Part shown: positions 62,226 through 64,000 of the stretch, piece by piece
Layout of the letters: each line of letters starts with the position of its first letter
How positions within the stretch are numbered: the first letter of the stretch is position 1
Source: Glaucostegus cemiculus
Lineage: Eukaryota
Reading direction: 5' to 3'
NCBI GenBank assembly: GCA_976551045.1
Contig: CDPCPM010000014.1
Location: 10,664,001 to 10,728,000 of the forward strand
DNA length: 64,000 nucleotides
Notes under the pieces: model-generated
The model's input: only the letters and a program-made list of their open reading frames with translations
Told to the model about the DNA's origin: nothing
Database searches by the model: none
Made by a program: the position numbers and the translations under genes

Positions 62226-64000
62226 GAAGTAAATATACCCGATGAGTAATTGCGAATTGCAGATGACAATGGCTTTACAATATTAAAATCAGCCACAGAC
62301 CACTGAAGACATTTCATGAGACCTACAAAATGAGGCTCAATTGTCCTCCTCCTATATACCCAGTTTCCACGAAAAGGTCTTTTCCTAAGGTTGACACGAT
62401 CAGAGCGTTTCAAAGTTGCAAGTTAACTCGGTTGATATCTTCCTAGTATACGAAAATAAGATAGTTAATCATACAACGCCACAGACTGGGCTCAATTAGT
62501 AATCGTACATCCTCACAACTCGGCGTGTGTCGAAAAGAAGTATGATTTCATCTTATGCTTCTACTGAACCATCTTCTATAGCTTATTACTTCAGATAAAT
62601 AACAAAGGAACGAGCGGGATATGATTCTCACGGCATATGCTGTCAAGCCTTACATGCGTAATGTTCCTACGTTTCTCCAGAAGAAACAAACAGAAATTAC
62701 TTAAATACGATACAGCTACAGTTAACACTGTTTATCAAATTACCATTTATGCCGATTTATTTGTGAACAATTTCCCAGTAATGCAAAGCATTCTGTTTGC
62801 AAATGTTGCTGCTTTACATATGTCGTGCCCCATTCGATCTATGTTGTTTCAAAACTATAGGTTTCCACCTTTAATGTTCCCAGTAGCCTGTCGCTAGTAT
62901 AAATAAAACTGTCAATTCTGAAAGTTTAAATAATATTAATAAAAAAAGAGAAAAATGCTGGACGTGAAGCTGTAAAGTGAAAGACATTTTTGTCACTTAG
63001 AGAAGAACTGGGTTTTGTGATTATTTTGTAGTATGTCACCGTTTGTGATTTGTTTACTTTTTAACTTGTTATAGGCCAGCAGGTCATTTAACGAGCACTC
63101 CCGTTAAATTTTAACATTACGAATCATGTTATGCTTAAAATGTTAAGAAGCCACAGATTACACCAGTACTGACTAATATCTCTGATCAGGCCTTCGTATT
63201 TTCTATTTGCTGCTGCACTTCCAGCATTTTCTGCTTTATTTTCGATTTCTACATTTTTTGTTTCATTTGTTTTGGCGATATCTCACAAGACACATGATCA
63301 AGCTCATAGCCACACTTTAAAATGACCGTTTCAATAATATGATTTGAAAACGACGTTTACAAAGAGAAAGCATTGCATTTACAAAGCAATGCACAAAATA
63401 AAAAAACCCAATAATTTCAATTGTATATGTCTGCGTCGGTAGGTATTTTTCAGTTTTATCATGATGGTCCAAATAACAGCACACGCGCTTTCAAAATCAT
63501 TTGGCTTGCCATTGGAACTGGAATTTAGTGTATCGGTTTTGAAGTTATGGAGCTTTATGCTCCACAAATCCTTCTAAACATTGATAAGGTTACCGCAGAA
63601 GGAAGCGGATCCTTTACTTTATCGGGGTATGTCGATGAATTCTATTGAACAAATTGTGGTCATCATTAAAAATATTACGGGTTTCTAATGTCCACATTGC
63701 AGTGAGTTAAGGTATTCTCCGAAACTCATAGTCTTCTTTTAAAAATAGTTTCCAGGGAAATATGTATTCGAATAGAAAAATTCCAAATGGAGCTACCCAG
63801 AAAACCATAAAAAACTGCCAAACCTGCACCAGCGTATTCCAAGCCATTTAAGGAACATTGGTCTATATGAGAGAATTCTCATTCAATCGAAGTGATAATA
63901 GACTTAACATTGTTAAAAGCCTCTGTCAAATACTGACATAACTTCCAGCTAATCTCTCTACAAAATAACTCGGGAAGTGCCCACCAGTCCAGCTTTCAAT

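Larger units (their letters stand above)
60300..64000. promoter_or_regulatory. CpG-retaining (probably germ-line unmethylated) region
   Basis: About 14 CpGs in 60301-60600 by eye versus near absence in comparable unique sequence upstream; retention persists through AT-rich DNA to the window end. Confidence 0.55.

Noticed and set aside
1-64000. CRISPR arrays, operons or other prokaryotic systems
   Set aside because: No repeat-spacer periodicity or gene-dense organisation; the window is vertebrate repeat-rich DNA.

Overview
This is a eukaryotic, repeat-rich, apparently non-coding window. The repeat families point to a cartilaginous fish, probably a ray or sawfish-type batoid (inference): CR1 LINEs, Penelope-like elements (PLEs), V-type tRNA-SINEs, DeuSINE-like SINEs, L1 and L2. 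No host protein-coding gene can be supported; every long ORF is a retroelement ORF. The main features are a 3.3-kb disabled CR1 (SGNH ORF1 tail plus APE-RT ORF2), a young 5'-truncated CR1 with a 583-codon open RT frame, an L1 3' end with a 10-bp target-site duplication (TSD), an 828-bp solo LTR with a 5-bp TSD, two pogo/Tigger-like MITEs, several local duplications, and a CpG-retaining region from about 60.3 kb to the end. The most interesting signal is nine decayed copies of a minimal hammerhead ribozyme carried by two PLE families. The ancestral motif can be rebuilt from CpG-decay patterns and compensatory stem changes, and several PLE fold-back junctions fall inside it. Repeat family names come from recalled family features, not from a database search, and boundaries of old repeats are approximate.
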